This document shows positions 37,379 to 51,600 of a stretch of 55,780 nt of DNA, piece by piece; positions within the stretch are counted from its first letter, which is position 1, and each line of letters begins with the position of its first letter. The stretch is from Catajapyx aquilonaris. Its lineage: Eukaryota. The position numbers and the translations under genes are program-made. The stretch spans positions 1 through 55,780 of the forward strand of contig JYFJ02002511.1 in assembly GCA_000934665.2 (NCBI GenBank), given 5' to 3'. The notes under the pieces were generated by a model, which was not told the DNA's origin, searched no databases, and was given only the letters and a program-made list of their open reading frames with translations.

Positions 37379-38191
37379 TGGGAGACATCCTTTGTTTTAT
37401 TGTTGGTTTGCAGCAGAAGGAGGGTGCATTACGGCTCATTTTTATGGGAAAAGCTATGTAAATGCGATCGGCTTTCCGGGAGCAAAGCATCGTTCATCCT
37501 GACTAGAGGGTAACCCAACAGCCTTTGTTGTCAAACTGGAAGCATAATTGGAAGGGGCAAGGCTGACGTAACATAATATTACTGTGGTAAACATTAGTTA
37601 TTATTAGTAACTAGTTATAGTGTAAGTGCTGAGTTGCCCATGAAATTGAAATTGCCTGATATGATAATTAACATTGACATTGGGCTTATTGCAAACACCG
37701 GGTTGTTTACATATACTGGTGCCATGATCAATATAATAATTCCGCCACTGGAAATAATTACTGAGCGCACCTAGTTCAAGGATTCCTGCTAAAACATGGA
37801 GCTTAAAAAAAATCAATGAAGCAAATGACAACAGACGGCGGCACTCTGAGTCAGGTGTGTTGGGTGAAGGTGAAACGCCTGCGGGAGAGAGGTCGTATTG
37901 TTATGGCCTTAGGAAGTCGGTGGGGGTGATACACCAATTTATGACTGATGATGTAAGAAGGAACAAAAAAAATTGTAAGAGCTTGGGGGAACTGATAATG
38001 CTAGGTCGACACGCACACCAGACCCCTCACGGTTCAAAGTAATCTTCTAATCGCAACAGCTGAACTTGACTAAATTTTAGATGGGCCATGTATGGCGTTG
38101 TGGTCATTGAACGGTTCAAATGGTTAGGTGCATTTCGGTATTCTCGAATCCAAAGTCGAATCAGTCTGGTCTGAGCTGCAGGTCAAGCAGG

Positions 38192-39683
<1,492 letters not shown>

Positions 39684-40361
39684 AGTGACTGTGCACATTT
39701 TGTACCATTTTTTACACATTTGTTGTTGCCCATTAAATCCGAGCTGGTTTCGTATATAGGCCTACTTCTGCTAATTCGCTTAATTTTATTCCTGTAAAAG
39801 ACACTACAGGAAATGACATAGGTGACCACTTGCCTTTGGTACAGTATACTGTACCTTTGCTTTTTCGACAAGTTTTTCCAGCACCTTCTGACTAACTCAA
39901 ACGCGTAAAAAAAACAACAAATGTACAGTATACTGTACCAGGGGTCTCAGGAGGTTAAAGAAATTATGTGCGAGTATTTATAATGGACATTTCATTTAAA
40001 ATTTTAAATAATATCAGTAATGTAAATGTCGAACATCGCGCTTTAAATAGCTGTAGTGTATTTTGATGCCATCTAACGTGAGGAATCTAAAACACTAAAA
40101 ATTGCGGTCAGAGGGCGTTGGCGTCAAGTTCCAATTTTCCAATATGGACGCGGCTTTTTGATACAAAACGACTTCCACACGTACGGAAAGGACGCTTTGG
40201 GCCTAAAAAAACACTCTTGAAGGAAGAAACCGGAGCATTATTTTGTGGCCTTGCTTTGCCTGCAGCTAACGGGTACGTACTGGGCCGAACCGGAGGTTGG
40301 CTCTGACATATTGGGATTCACACAGTTGTTGTTCACAGTTTGGAGTTAGTTTGATCGGGTG

Positions 40362-42383
40362 ATGGCTGAATATGAGAAGGCTAGAGGAGGAAAGCTCAAG
40401 CTGAAGGGAGGAGAGACGCTGGGGTGAGTTCGGGTCTTGCATGCGCCACGCTGTCATTCTAATGCTTGTTGTCGTAGGCTGTCGAAGAAGAGGAAGAAGA
40501 AGGCAAAGAAGCCCCACTCCCACAGCGATGGTGGCGAGGGAGAGGCAGCCACTTCAGGCAACTTGCAGAGGGACAAGGAGAAGGATACTGATGCACATGG
40601 TACACTGTTTGTAGAATTTAGGATGAAGGCCGCGTTTACATGCCATTAAATTCGATTGTTGCTTTTGCCACAAACGATTTGGAATCTTCGCTCTGTGATG
40701 CAAATTGCTCACATGTAAACACAGTGTGGCATATTAAGAAGATTCTTGTCCTATCGTTGGCCTTGTGAACAATACAAAGGGTGAAGAAATGTTCTTCTGT
40801 ATAAGGCCTGTCAAGTTTAACCCTGGAACCGTGCTGTGGGGTCTTTTCGGACCCAAAGGGAAAAAATGCATTTAAGTGATAATTACAATGAACTTTTGCC
40901 ATTATTTTACAGTATATAACAGGAAGTGCAGGTTTATTTTGAATTAGCGATCCTTTTAGGCATTGTTCAAAGAATGATTGTATATAGTCAATACATTGAG
41001 AAGTATTATGTACTAATTAATAAAAATTAAAATATGGTGGGGTCCGAAAAGACCCCACGGCACGGTTCCAGGGTTAATATTATAGGCGGCTCACTCTTTC
41101 TCTGGTACCAGCCCCCTGCAACTTTTACCCCAGTCATACGTAGAGGGCCGTGAGCTTAGTTGCTCGTCCCCACGTGAGAATGTTCTATTTGGCGGTGGCA
41201 TCTATCCACAGGGCACTACTTTTAGGGTCACTTTTGGGTAGACGCTTTTCTGAACCAACAAAACCTTCCTTTCCAATGCAGCTGGGTAGAGAAAGTCTCA
41301 GAGCCAGCCACCTGAACAAGGCCCAAAGTAGTGATCTGTGGAGGGACGACAGCGCCAAGTCCGTGCGCAGCCAAGCTCACGCAGAGGGGGAGGGAGTTGC
41401 GCGACCTAAGTAATAGGCTGTGGATGGGACATCATCATTTCGATTACCAACTCCTAGCAATGGAAATCTGCCAAATGCGCACCTTTAGAACCTCCCAAAA
41501 GGACACTGTACTCCTCCTGCTGCATGAGAATGGCACCATCTCCATGGAAATATGAAAAGTGGAAGGTTCCAGCAGATTTCCATTGTCTAGGAGTTGGTTA
41601 CAAGTGAAATGATGACATCCTGGCCAAGAAAGGGTGGGCTGTCTTTATGTATAAAAAAACTTGTGTTTTATTTTGCCGTTATCTACTAATGGTCGTAATG
41701 TGAACCAATTTCCAGGAGGCTGGTGGAGCGTTGAGTCTGTGAGTGAAGTGAGCGGATCTATTGCCATTGAAGTGGGTCCTGGAAAACGCACCTATGTCCG
41801 TGCTCTTGACAACGGCCTTTTCACACTGGGAGCGCCACATGATGAGGGTGATGGCCCTGCTCCAGAGGAGATCCTCACTGCCTTCCACATTGACGAAAAC
41901 AAGGTGGCATTCAAATCTGGCTATGACAAGTACCTGCGTGTGGACAAGGATGGCACAGTGGTTGGGCGTTCCGATGCAGTGGGCCACCTGGAGCAGTGGG
42001 AACCTGTTTTCCAGAATGGAGAATTAGCATTGTCAAGTGCCAATGGGAAGTTCCTGTCTGTGGATGAGGAACTAGAAGAGGTGGTGGCCAACAGTGAGAA
42101 GGTGGGTGAAGGGGAGAGAATATGCATTCGGAGGCAGGGACCCCGAGATGTCGTGGGAGGGACCAAGAAGAGGGAGGAGGCAGGAGAGGAAGAGGCGGAG
42201 GGAGGCAGTCTTGAGCATCTGGAGGTCAATTATGTGCGCAAGTTCCAGAAGTTTCAGGACAAGAAGCTACGTATTTGCCCAGCAGATTCACAGGGACTCA
42301 GCAAGGCCAAGGAGGATGGAAACCTCCATGAACTGATGTTGGACAGACGTGCTAAGATGAAGGCAGACAGATACTGCAAGTGA
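40362..42383 (+). CDS. FRG1: FRG1 homologue, ~283 aa
   Basis: Exons 40362-40423, 40478-40599, 41716-42383. MAEY..GKLKLKG, NLS KKRKKK, HGGWW, ALDNGLFTLGAPH, PEEI, AFKSGYDKYL, GRSDAVG..EQWEPVFQ, VRKFQKFQD, C-terminal LDRRAKMKADRYCK. Confidence 0.95.
40628..40725. mobile_element. Short Harbinger-like MITE remnant in FRG1 intron
   Basis: Ends ggccgcgtttacatg ... catgtaaacacagt; right end ttgctcacatgtaaa matches the end of the element at 43853-43980. Confidence 0.55.
40821..41073. mobile_element. piggyBac-type MITE in FRG1 intron
   Basis: TTAA|CCCTGGAACCGTGC(T/C)GTGGGGTCTTTTCGGACCC ... GGG|TTAA; 34-bp TIRs with one mismatch, TTAA duplicated at 40817-20 and 41074-77, AT-rich interior. Confidence 0.93.
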
Positions 42384-42987
42384 ATGACGAACAAATTCTG
42401 CCATGTCGTAACAATCAACAATATTATTCTTCTTGTTTCGCCAACATGGACTTTGTGAGTGGTTAATTTCTATAGACTCATTGCATTAGAGCTGCACCAT
42501 TTATTTTAGCAAAATAAATTAATGAATTATTATTGATTTTTTTCCCATGGATGTTTGGGTCAGTCATCCCCAAGTGTAAAAAAATGACCGCTTATGCACA
42601 ATAATAACTTGTCTGCATTCGATTGTCGTGCACCGCAACCAGAAGCTCATTAAGTGATAATGCCCTTAACCAATTCCACTTTTGGACTGTTGTGCATCCT
42701 TATGGCAAAATCAGCAATTGCTTCAACCTGCAATATTGGATGACATACTTCAAATTGTTCCCCCTAAATAACAACACATCATTATTTGGTGTATCTCTTT
42801 CTTTTTCCACATGAACAAACTTAATTTTCATCTTCAAATTTTGGGTGGAGAGGGAGAGTTGAAATGTAATTTGCGCACCTGCAGCAACATGAATTGAGGA
42901 AATAAATAATCGACAGGCATATGCAAATTGCAACATTTTGATGGCAAGGGGTGAGGGGTCAAGGAAGCATTAAAGTTAAAGAGTTCC

Positions 42988-44619
42988 TCAGCTAGCAGCA
43001 GGCGGGTCTACATTAGACTGAGCTCGAGCATTCTTCAGCCATTCCACAAACTCGTCTAGCATCACTGGCCCTGCAAAAAGGAGCAAAATGTAAGCATACG
43101 TTTTGTGTGGTACTGTAAAGGTTGGAGAATACGTACATGCTCCATCAACATCGTAGTTGGTGAGATCAGGCAGCACTGAGCGGCAGAACTCAAGCACATT
43201 GAACCACTGGTCCCTGTTGATGACCCTGTACTTTGACTGCTCTAGGAAGCGCATAAAATGGGGACAGAGGACCCATGGGGGTTGTGCTCCTTGTGGCTGC
43301 GGCCCAAGCAGTAACTCCAGCATGGCCTTTCCCGTTTCCAGGTCGAGGCACCGCTGATCACGATCCCTGGCGAAGTCGTAGGCATATCGGTAGATGGCCT
43401 TGAACTGATGTGGGTCCCTGAGGGCATCCCTGAGTGCGCCCAATCTCTGTCGGAGCTTGACCAATGAATCTGCCTTCAGGTCCTGCAGTCCTTTTGTCCA
43501 CTCATCCAGCCGGAAGAAGCCCATCTGGCGAGCTCCCATCTTCCAGGCAAGGACCAGCATCACAATGTTCTCTGGCTCCACGCCGACCTCTTTGCAGAAG
43601 CGCTCGACCCCCTCTGGACCAATAATTTCCGGATCATCATCGGAGACGTATTCCCGGAACCAGCAAACACACCGCCGCTGGGAGAATGACTGGGTAGGTG
43701 ACGATGGGGTTGACACATGGCTGCTTATAGTTGAAGCAGACGAAGTTGAAGCTGACCACGGTGGGGATGACGACCTGCGGAGAAAGAGAGGTAACAGCTC
43801 TACTAATTATGTGCTAATATAACAAGTCCCTTTTGGCCTTTCACTTGACTTCAGCTGCGTTGACTTGCGAGCAATTCGCTCAGCGATAAAACCCATTGTT
43901 TGGGGTGAGACTAACAATAGATTTTCGCCCCAAACCATTGGTTTCATGCCTGAGTGAATCGCTCACATGTAAATGCAACCTTACGGTATACAGCCTCTAA
44001 TACGGTGCAATGACACAAGTTCGGCCTGACCTTTCGTCCACCATCACAGCACTCTTGTTACCACTCGGATGCTACCACTGCAAAAATGCGTCAGTTACAA
44101 TCCCATGCCAACTTCTCCTTCCCACTCATACACACACGTATTTGTGTTGTTGTTTCGTAACACCCTTCCCACCCAATGCTAATTATACTTACCAGCTCCT
44201 ACCTCCCCCCCCTCCCATCCATTTCAAGGCAACACGCCAGCAACAACATAAAAAAAGTATCACTTGATGAACATCTGAAGAAAGGCCCTTGTCCCCTGCA
44301 CAGTTGTCAACAGAACCTGCTCTGGCACTAACCTTGGAGTGACCCTGGTGCGTTTGGCAGGGGGCGGGGCGATCAGTTGAGGGGGAGTGATCGGAGGAGG
44401 GGCTATGACTGGTGGAGAAGGCGGGATCTGCTGCTGGCTGCGTTGTCCTGATGCTCCCCTTCCTCCTCCACCTCGGCCGCCCCTGGCGCCTGTCCCTGTG
44501 CTGCCTCGTCCTCCCCTGCTGCCCCTCCCTCTGCCCCTGGCTGGTGCCATTCCTCCAGCTCCACCTCCTGTCACTGCTGGTCCAATAGCAGCTTCCACCT
44601 TACGCTTCCCCCTTGGCAT
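42988..44619 (-). CDS. DCUN1D4/5: DCN1-like protein (DCUN1D4/5 subfamily), ~335 aa
   Basis: Exons 44619-44333, 43774-43137, 43070-42988. MPRGKRK start; PONY domain [15 protein letters not shown]...[71 protein letters not shown] after splicing. Non-coding exon(s) probably upstream toward ~46400. Confidence 0.93.
43853..43980. mobile_element. Palindromic Harbinger-like MITE in DCN1-like intron
   Basis: Left gctgcgttgacttgcgagcaattcgctcagcgataaaacccattgtttggggtgaga vs right reverse complement gttgcatttacatgtgagcgattcactcaggcatgaaaccaatggtttggggcgaaa; TTA follows the right end. Confidence 0.75.
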
Positions 44620-45471
44620 GGCAGTTATCAGCAATTTCCCTCAGGGAATGGATTGGTCCCGAGGTCTGTAAATCTTCCAACACCTTGTTAGGTAGGAAAA
44701 CAAGTTATTACTTCCCTACCCACAATTTCATAAGCTAAGCGGCGGAAGCATACAAGTAAATTCAGCTCACCTAGTTCTATGCACAACAATTATCACCCAA
44801 GTAACACAAGAGTTGACACAGTTTAAATCAACAAGCAAGAGGGCAGCAGGGTGGTGGTGGGGTGGTGACACGAGCAGGATGGGCACAGTTCAGCGCATGT
44901 TTCTGAGTCTCCCAATACCATGTTACCTGCATTAAATTGGTAAGAGTAACCACGGCACATGTCAAGTAATGAGAAAATTGCATTATCCACAGCAACTACT
45001 GGCTGACACACAGCCTAGTGGTTGACAAAATCCCACTAGTTAACATGGCAGATTGGGTGGGAGGGCTCCATCGCATGACTGGACATGCAGACTCAACAGA
45101 TCAATCAACCTTGCATATTATGCAGTCACATTTACCAGAGGGATGCAGGAAATGCTGCGAGTTCATATCTGCCATCATATCGATAAAAAAAATGTCAGCA
45201 CATTGCAATACGGTCAATTGGGTCAGCCAACTCCAAGGAAAACATGACCTTCTCACAATGTGCAAACATGCAATTTTTTCAGTGGAACCTGTACTTTGTG
45301 ATTGCAGCATTTGCCACGAAGGGGTTGAAATCTTAAGTAGCCAATAACTGCAGGTTCCGAACAATCATATCTGAATACCCAAACAAAGGAAGCTGATCAT
45401 ACTCAATTTTGAACTTTCAAGTACGGGGTATTCGCTTTGGCAGTACATTTTTTTAAACAAATCCTCAAGTA

Positions 45472-45738
45472 CAGTAGTAGTAGAACCCCGATTATCCGAC
45501 CGTGTCGCTCCAGCAATAAATCTGTGTTTTCTCATCAAATATTGTAATGCACTATGCATTTGTTTCATATTGCATTAGTTAAATTGTAAGTACAGTACAG
45601 CAGTGCACGCAGAAGATAAATACGGCTACTTTTTAGAAAACCGTTATTTCATGTTTTCATGTGTTTCATTAAAATTTCCTTTGCTCCTCGGATTATCTGA
45701 CCTTTTCTGTGTTACCACGGATAATCAGGGATCTACTG
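45472..45738. mobile_element. pogo/Tigger-type MITE
   Basis: TA|CAGTAG(TAGTAG)AACCCCGATTATCCG ... CGGATAATCAGGGATCTACTG|TA, with an internal repeat ctcggattatctgacc. Confidence 0.8.
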
Positions 45739-48682
45739 TACTATCATTCTGTATACATACTGGCTACGATGAAGCCATCTTATTGAATCAACCCACCGGT
45801 TACTTAATGCCCATTTGACCGATTACGAGATGCGCCGCTGTGTCCTCTGTGCAGCAGCTCACTTCCTGCATGTTGTTTCTCCCATGTTCCAACCCCACCC
45901 AACTAAGGCCACTTGATACATCCACCCAACTCCCTCTCCTCTAGGATCCGGCCACACCACCCCAAGGCCTTGACCATCGGCTAGCCCACACAATGGACCA
46001 GCACAAGGCCAACCAACCACCCACCCACCGCTGCTCCGCCAATGCTACCCCTCCCCTTTCGCCCCTGGTTCCGCCCCGGGGCCACCACCACTCGCCCCCT
46101 CTAAATGGACGCACAATGGTCGGACGGACACACACACACACACTCAACCAACAAAGGAGTAGAGAGGGTGGGAGGACATGCAACCTGCCTTTGACTCCCG
46201 GCTGTCTCCTGGTGCTGATCTAGCCCCCTGGGGCAGGGATGCGGGTCGACTCGAGGGCAGATCCGGAATCACCCCTGGCCCAGGCGGTGGGAGGCAGACG
46301 GCCAGAATGGGTGGAAGGAAGAGAAGAAAAAAAAAATGCAACGAGGAGGAAGAAGAAGGGAGGGGGGCAAACCACAAGGGGAGGAAACCTTTGTTCCTTC
46401 CAGAGACAGATGGCGCCACTGCAGCGCCACTGGGTCTGTCCAATGCAAGGTGGCGCAACCAGTCCGCATTGTTGGATCGGAATAATTGCAATTATTGGAG
46501 AAGTAACCGGGTAATTAGAATTAATATTGTTTGGACACATTTGGCTCGGTGGGTACTTTTGCGGTGTTGCCATGTTGGGCGACTGCTGTTTAGTGGCGAC
46601 CACGTGGCGAATAATCACATTTCGTAAATTAACATGACTTAAAATGTGGGAGCGACGTTAAATGTGATTAAAATCCGTTCGGCATTGGGAGTCATTAAGC
46701 GCGATTTTGATGGTAACTACTAGTAGCCGCTACTTTCGATAACCGCGATTTGTTTTGTTTACAGTTAGAATCAGCTGATGTCCCGGTGTTGCCAGCTCGT
46801 GTTTGTTTTGGGTCACTTTCTTCCTGAGGCAGCGCGGGGTTTCCCATCGTGTCCCCTGCCAGAGGGAAACTGCGCCGCAGGCTTCTGTGGTTGACGGGCA
46901 CATCCTGTCTGTCTTCCCTGCGTGCGACGGGCAGGACCAAGGACAGCAAGGGCCACTCCGCCCATTTAAAAACCGCGACTTCCCTAGAGTGCAACCCAGC
47001 CAACTTGGTGGGTTATATATGCAGGTGAGGGCGTGGGTACTTATACTGCTGGGCTTTATAAATAGATGCCACTACCTGGACCTGCTGCGTTGTTTGCAAA
47101 TTAGTGTGTTCTGTGTTGGTATGTTCTGAGCAGTCTGTGCGTGTTGCTGACTGTACGCTTCTCTTTATTGCAAGTAGGTGCAGGTTGGGTACGGAAACCT
47201 GTGACAGGCCCTGTGTAAACTTGTTACGTATGTAATTAGGTTCTGGTGAAGGATTTTCAAGGTGTCCCTGTCATGTACTGGGTGTTTCAGAACTTAGCCC
47301 ACATCTGTATCAGCTCATGTTTACTGCTCTCTAATGTTTACGTCGCTGGTTTTGTCATTTACAAGCAAGCCACCATAGAAGGTGATGTCAGTCTGAACAG
47401 AATCGGAATGGAAGCCAATAGTATATTGAAAAAGCAACATTTGCATTTAGTTGATTTGCCGCCTGAAAATGTTTAGTGTGAAATATTACTCCATGCTTTA
47501 TCAGTTGTAGAAGCTGCGTACAATTATTTGTTGCCTTTATTGGCTATCATGAAGGATATACGTATTGACTTTTATCTGAATAGTGTGTCAGATATGTATT
47601 TAAGGACTGAGTCATTTTTCATTGGCAGCTTTTACCTTATCTGGCAGACCACTTATGTAGACCTCAGTACCAGCCTGATAAATAGCTGAACTACTTGGCC
47701 TTGAACCATCTACAACCCTGCATGCTGCGATTAGCTGCTTTGCCCACTATATCCGATGCACAGGACTTTCACTTCAATTACTGCTTGTAAGTTTACTTTC
47801 TTCATGTTGCTGCAGATGTTATCAGGTGATATAGAGTTGGTGAACTCACTTTGGTTCCATGACAATACAGTGAGCCCCTGGTTATCTGTAGTTTCAGTTA
47901 GATCAGTTAGTTAGATTCAGTTAAGTAGGCTACAGTATTGTATAGAAATATTAAATTTAAAAAATGCTATACACAGGTTTCACAAATGTTTTTGATGCCA
48001 TTAAAAATTCAGCCATAAACATAAACATGAAATCTGGTTCCATCCGGATGCTTTTCTGCATATGCAGATCGTTAGTGCTGACATGCCTGTAAACAGGATT
48101 CGTAAGCATGTGTCTGCAGATGGGCTTGGGATGAAGCCAGGTTTCACATTTTAATTCACTGTTGATTTTTTGTTTTGCACATAAATTATTGTAATATTTT
48201 ATATGTGGGCGAACAATACTTTTAGTCATTTCATAACTGAGAACTTAGTGTGGATAAATTTGTGAGGATTTGCTGGTCAATGAATGAATTATGGTCATAG
48301 AATTAGTACAGTGCAAAATACCTTTTTGAAAGTACAGTAACATATTTCTTTCGCAGTGTGAAGAGGAATTTAATCAGAGCACAAAAAAGCCTGGCATAAG
48401 TTGCAGACTCTGGGCTGTCCTCTAGTCGTCTGACTCGAGAGGAGACGAAGGGAGGGCGGAAGGTGATGATTTGCCCAGCAACACAAAAACCAAAGCAAGC
48501 CAAAGCAGCGAGGCGCTGGCATCAGCTGCAACCTGGGGACTCTTTGCAGCCTTCAACGCCTTACCATTTCTGTTACCGTTGCCTCGAGCTAAAGGGCAAG
48601 GGAGTGAGTGGACCACCCTGCGGCCAGCATCTTGGGAATAAAATAAGACTGGAAAGGGCAGGTAGGAGAAAAAGACACGAAA

Positions 48683-51600
48683 ATGGCCACCACAAGGGAC
48701 TGGACAGTCACGACTGATATTCGGATGCTTCATGAAATGTTTGGAGAAAAACTGGAAGCCCAGCAGATTCGAGATGCTCTCAGGAATTCCAACTACAATA
48801 GTGAGTTACATAAGTTTGCATTAATTGTGGGACTAATTTCAATTTAAATCTCAGGGGGAGAAAAATTTATACTACATGTTGCACACATTTCCTTAGCAGC
48901 TAATTATTTTTTCTATCATAAAAAATACAAGCAAAAGGTACACAAGGCTGCTATTAGTAATGTTGAAGCTCATACAGTCATACTTATCAACATCAGTGTA
49001 AGAAAGGTGTGCTTTGTTAAGTAAAGTAGGAGTAATGGTGTAAACATAGTACATTACTTGAATGTTGTTATCACCATGAGGCCTTTAACCTTGGGATTCA
49101 CAAAAATCTTTTTCTCCACCAGTTGAAGAAGCTGTAGAAAAACTAATCCTTGTGACTGAAGAACTGGAAGTGTCGAAGCATGAGGAGGACTGGCCCACTC
49201 CAAGCAATGAGACATCCAGTGACTGGAAGGATGAGGAGGACGAGAAGCCCTCTTATTACCAGTCTGCCTTACACTCACCTTCGAAACGCACATCCATCAG
49301 AGGGTGGCCAGTGGAGATAGATCCAGACTCAGAGGAAAGCTGCTGTGCGAGGATGCAGAAACTTCATTCAGCTGGTAAGAAGGTGATGGTGATATTACAA
49401 GGATGCCCTGGAAGTGGTAAATCCACCTTGGCTCAGCGGATCCTCAATTGCATCAGGCCCCTACCTCAAAGGGGCAGTAGGGAACAGGTGGAGATGCCAG
49501 GCATGATCCTTAGCACCGATGACTACTGGCTGGATCCTCGCAATGGATTATACAACTGGGATCCCTCCCGCCTTCCAGTGGCCCACAAGTGGAACCAGGA
49601 GAGGGTGGCAAGTGAGGCCAAGAAAGGGCAAACCCCACTGTTGGTGGACAACACCAACATTCAAGCGTGGGAGGCACATCCATACGTCCTTATTGCATTA
49701 CAGTATGGGTATCTGGTTGACGTGGCAAGGCCAAATCATCCGTGGGTTCGGGATCCACGCCAGATGGCCAAGTTGAACAAGCACGGGGTGCCTGCTTCAA
49801 CAATAAGAAGCATGATGAAGAAGGTGGAGGGGTACTCCCCGAAGGAACTTATAGACGGCGCCTATAAAAGCTCTGGGACAGCTGGACGCAATCTAGGGCA
49901 GTTGATGAAGTACCACTGTGCACGTGAAGCCTGTTTGGAACTGGAGGAGACAAACAATGTGGTCAAGATGGTGATGGTAGATGACAAGCATAAGGATGGA
50001 GTGAGGATGGTGGTAGTGGATAAAAGTAAGGATGAGATGAAGACCATGGTGGCTGGGGAGCACCCTGTAATTGCGCCATCTTCACCACCGAACAGCATGA
50101 AGAGGAGACTCGCAAGCATGTTTCCTGGGGCAAGTGATTTGCAGTTGGAGCAAGCTTTGGTGGAGGGAGGTGGAGATGTGGCAATAGCAGCAAACTGGCT
50201 GCTGGATCTGGAGTGGGGTGGGGGCCTCGCCGGTAGAGAAGGAATGGATGTCCCTGGTGGAATGGGTGAGGCTGGTGGAACTGATGAAGGAGATGGAAAT
50301 GATGAGGCTGGTAAACCCAGTGAGTCTCACAGAATCAGTGAGGGAGATGGAAGCTGTCCAGTGGCAGCTGGAGCCGAGTGGAGTGACTGTGACATATATA
50401 TGTCTAACTCTGAATGTAGTGAAGAGGAGCATTCACAACATAGTGGGACGCCAGATGAGGGAACGAAAACTGTCGGTTCATCACGGGAGGATGAGAAAAC
50501 TGCTGGTGAGATATCGTCGATATGGGACAAAGACAGGGATGTTGAGGGTGCCTCGTCGACTCTGGCAGAAAAAGCACCAGAGGAGGATGAAGGAGCAGCT
50601 GGTGGTGCCTCATCATCGTGTAAGGAAGAGGAAGCATCTAGGGAAGAAGAGGGAGCTGTTGGTAGTGTTTGTTCATCGCAGGATGATGAGGATGAAGACG
50701 GCCCAACTCTCGCAATCCACCTACCTCAGTCAGCAGTTGCCGCCTTAAACCAGCACTTCAGCAGTCCGTTTTGGGGTGGCTTGGAGGACTGGGGAGATAG
50801 CACCACCAGTTCTGTGAATGAAGGGAATGGCATGCTTGTCCACCTGCCATTAGGACTGGCTGAACACCTGCACAGGGCTCTATGCAAATCAGCCCAGCAA
50901 AGCGAACTTGACCGCCAGAAAAAATTGAAGGAAATGATAGCCTGTGATGAGGAGCTTGCCCGACAGCTTGCAATGCAAGAAGAGACGGAACGCAGAAGAA
51001 GCAGCACTCCAAACCAGTGGGCTGAACAAACAGAGACTCTTGCCCAGAAAATGGGTCGGCAGGCATTACTGGAGCGATTCTCAGGTCTGGATGAAGAGTG
51101 GGTTGTTCAGATGTACTTGTCTCATGATATGCACTTGTCTGAAGCCACTCACGCAATTGAAGCCGTCCTCAGAGAGTCAGGGGTAGAAGTTCGAAACAAT
51201 ATGCAGGGCATGGTGGGAGTGCAGTTGTCGCCTGCTGGCAAGGAACTTCTGCAGAAAGTAACAGACTATAGGCGAAAATGCGCAGAGGAAGAGGAGGAGG
51301 AGGAGGCAGAACTGACATGCAAGGATGAAGATGAAGGGCACCACAGCCTCCGCAAGCTGTGGTGGCTTGGTAATCGGCAGCGTGCGAGAGATATTGCGTG
51401 GAGCCAATTTGCCAACAGGGGACAGGAGCTTGGGATGAGTAGTATCGCTGCCCAGTGCGCCACAGAGGCCCGGAGGTGCGGGACGCAAGTGATGCAAACC
51501 CATGCCTTGGCCCAAGCTCGAGGACTTGCGCTCAGTGGGGCAGCGTATAGCGAAGCTCAAGATCAAGTGGACCTCCACTTCCTGTCAGTGGACGCAGCCG

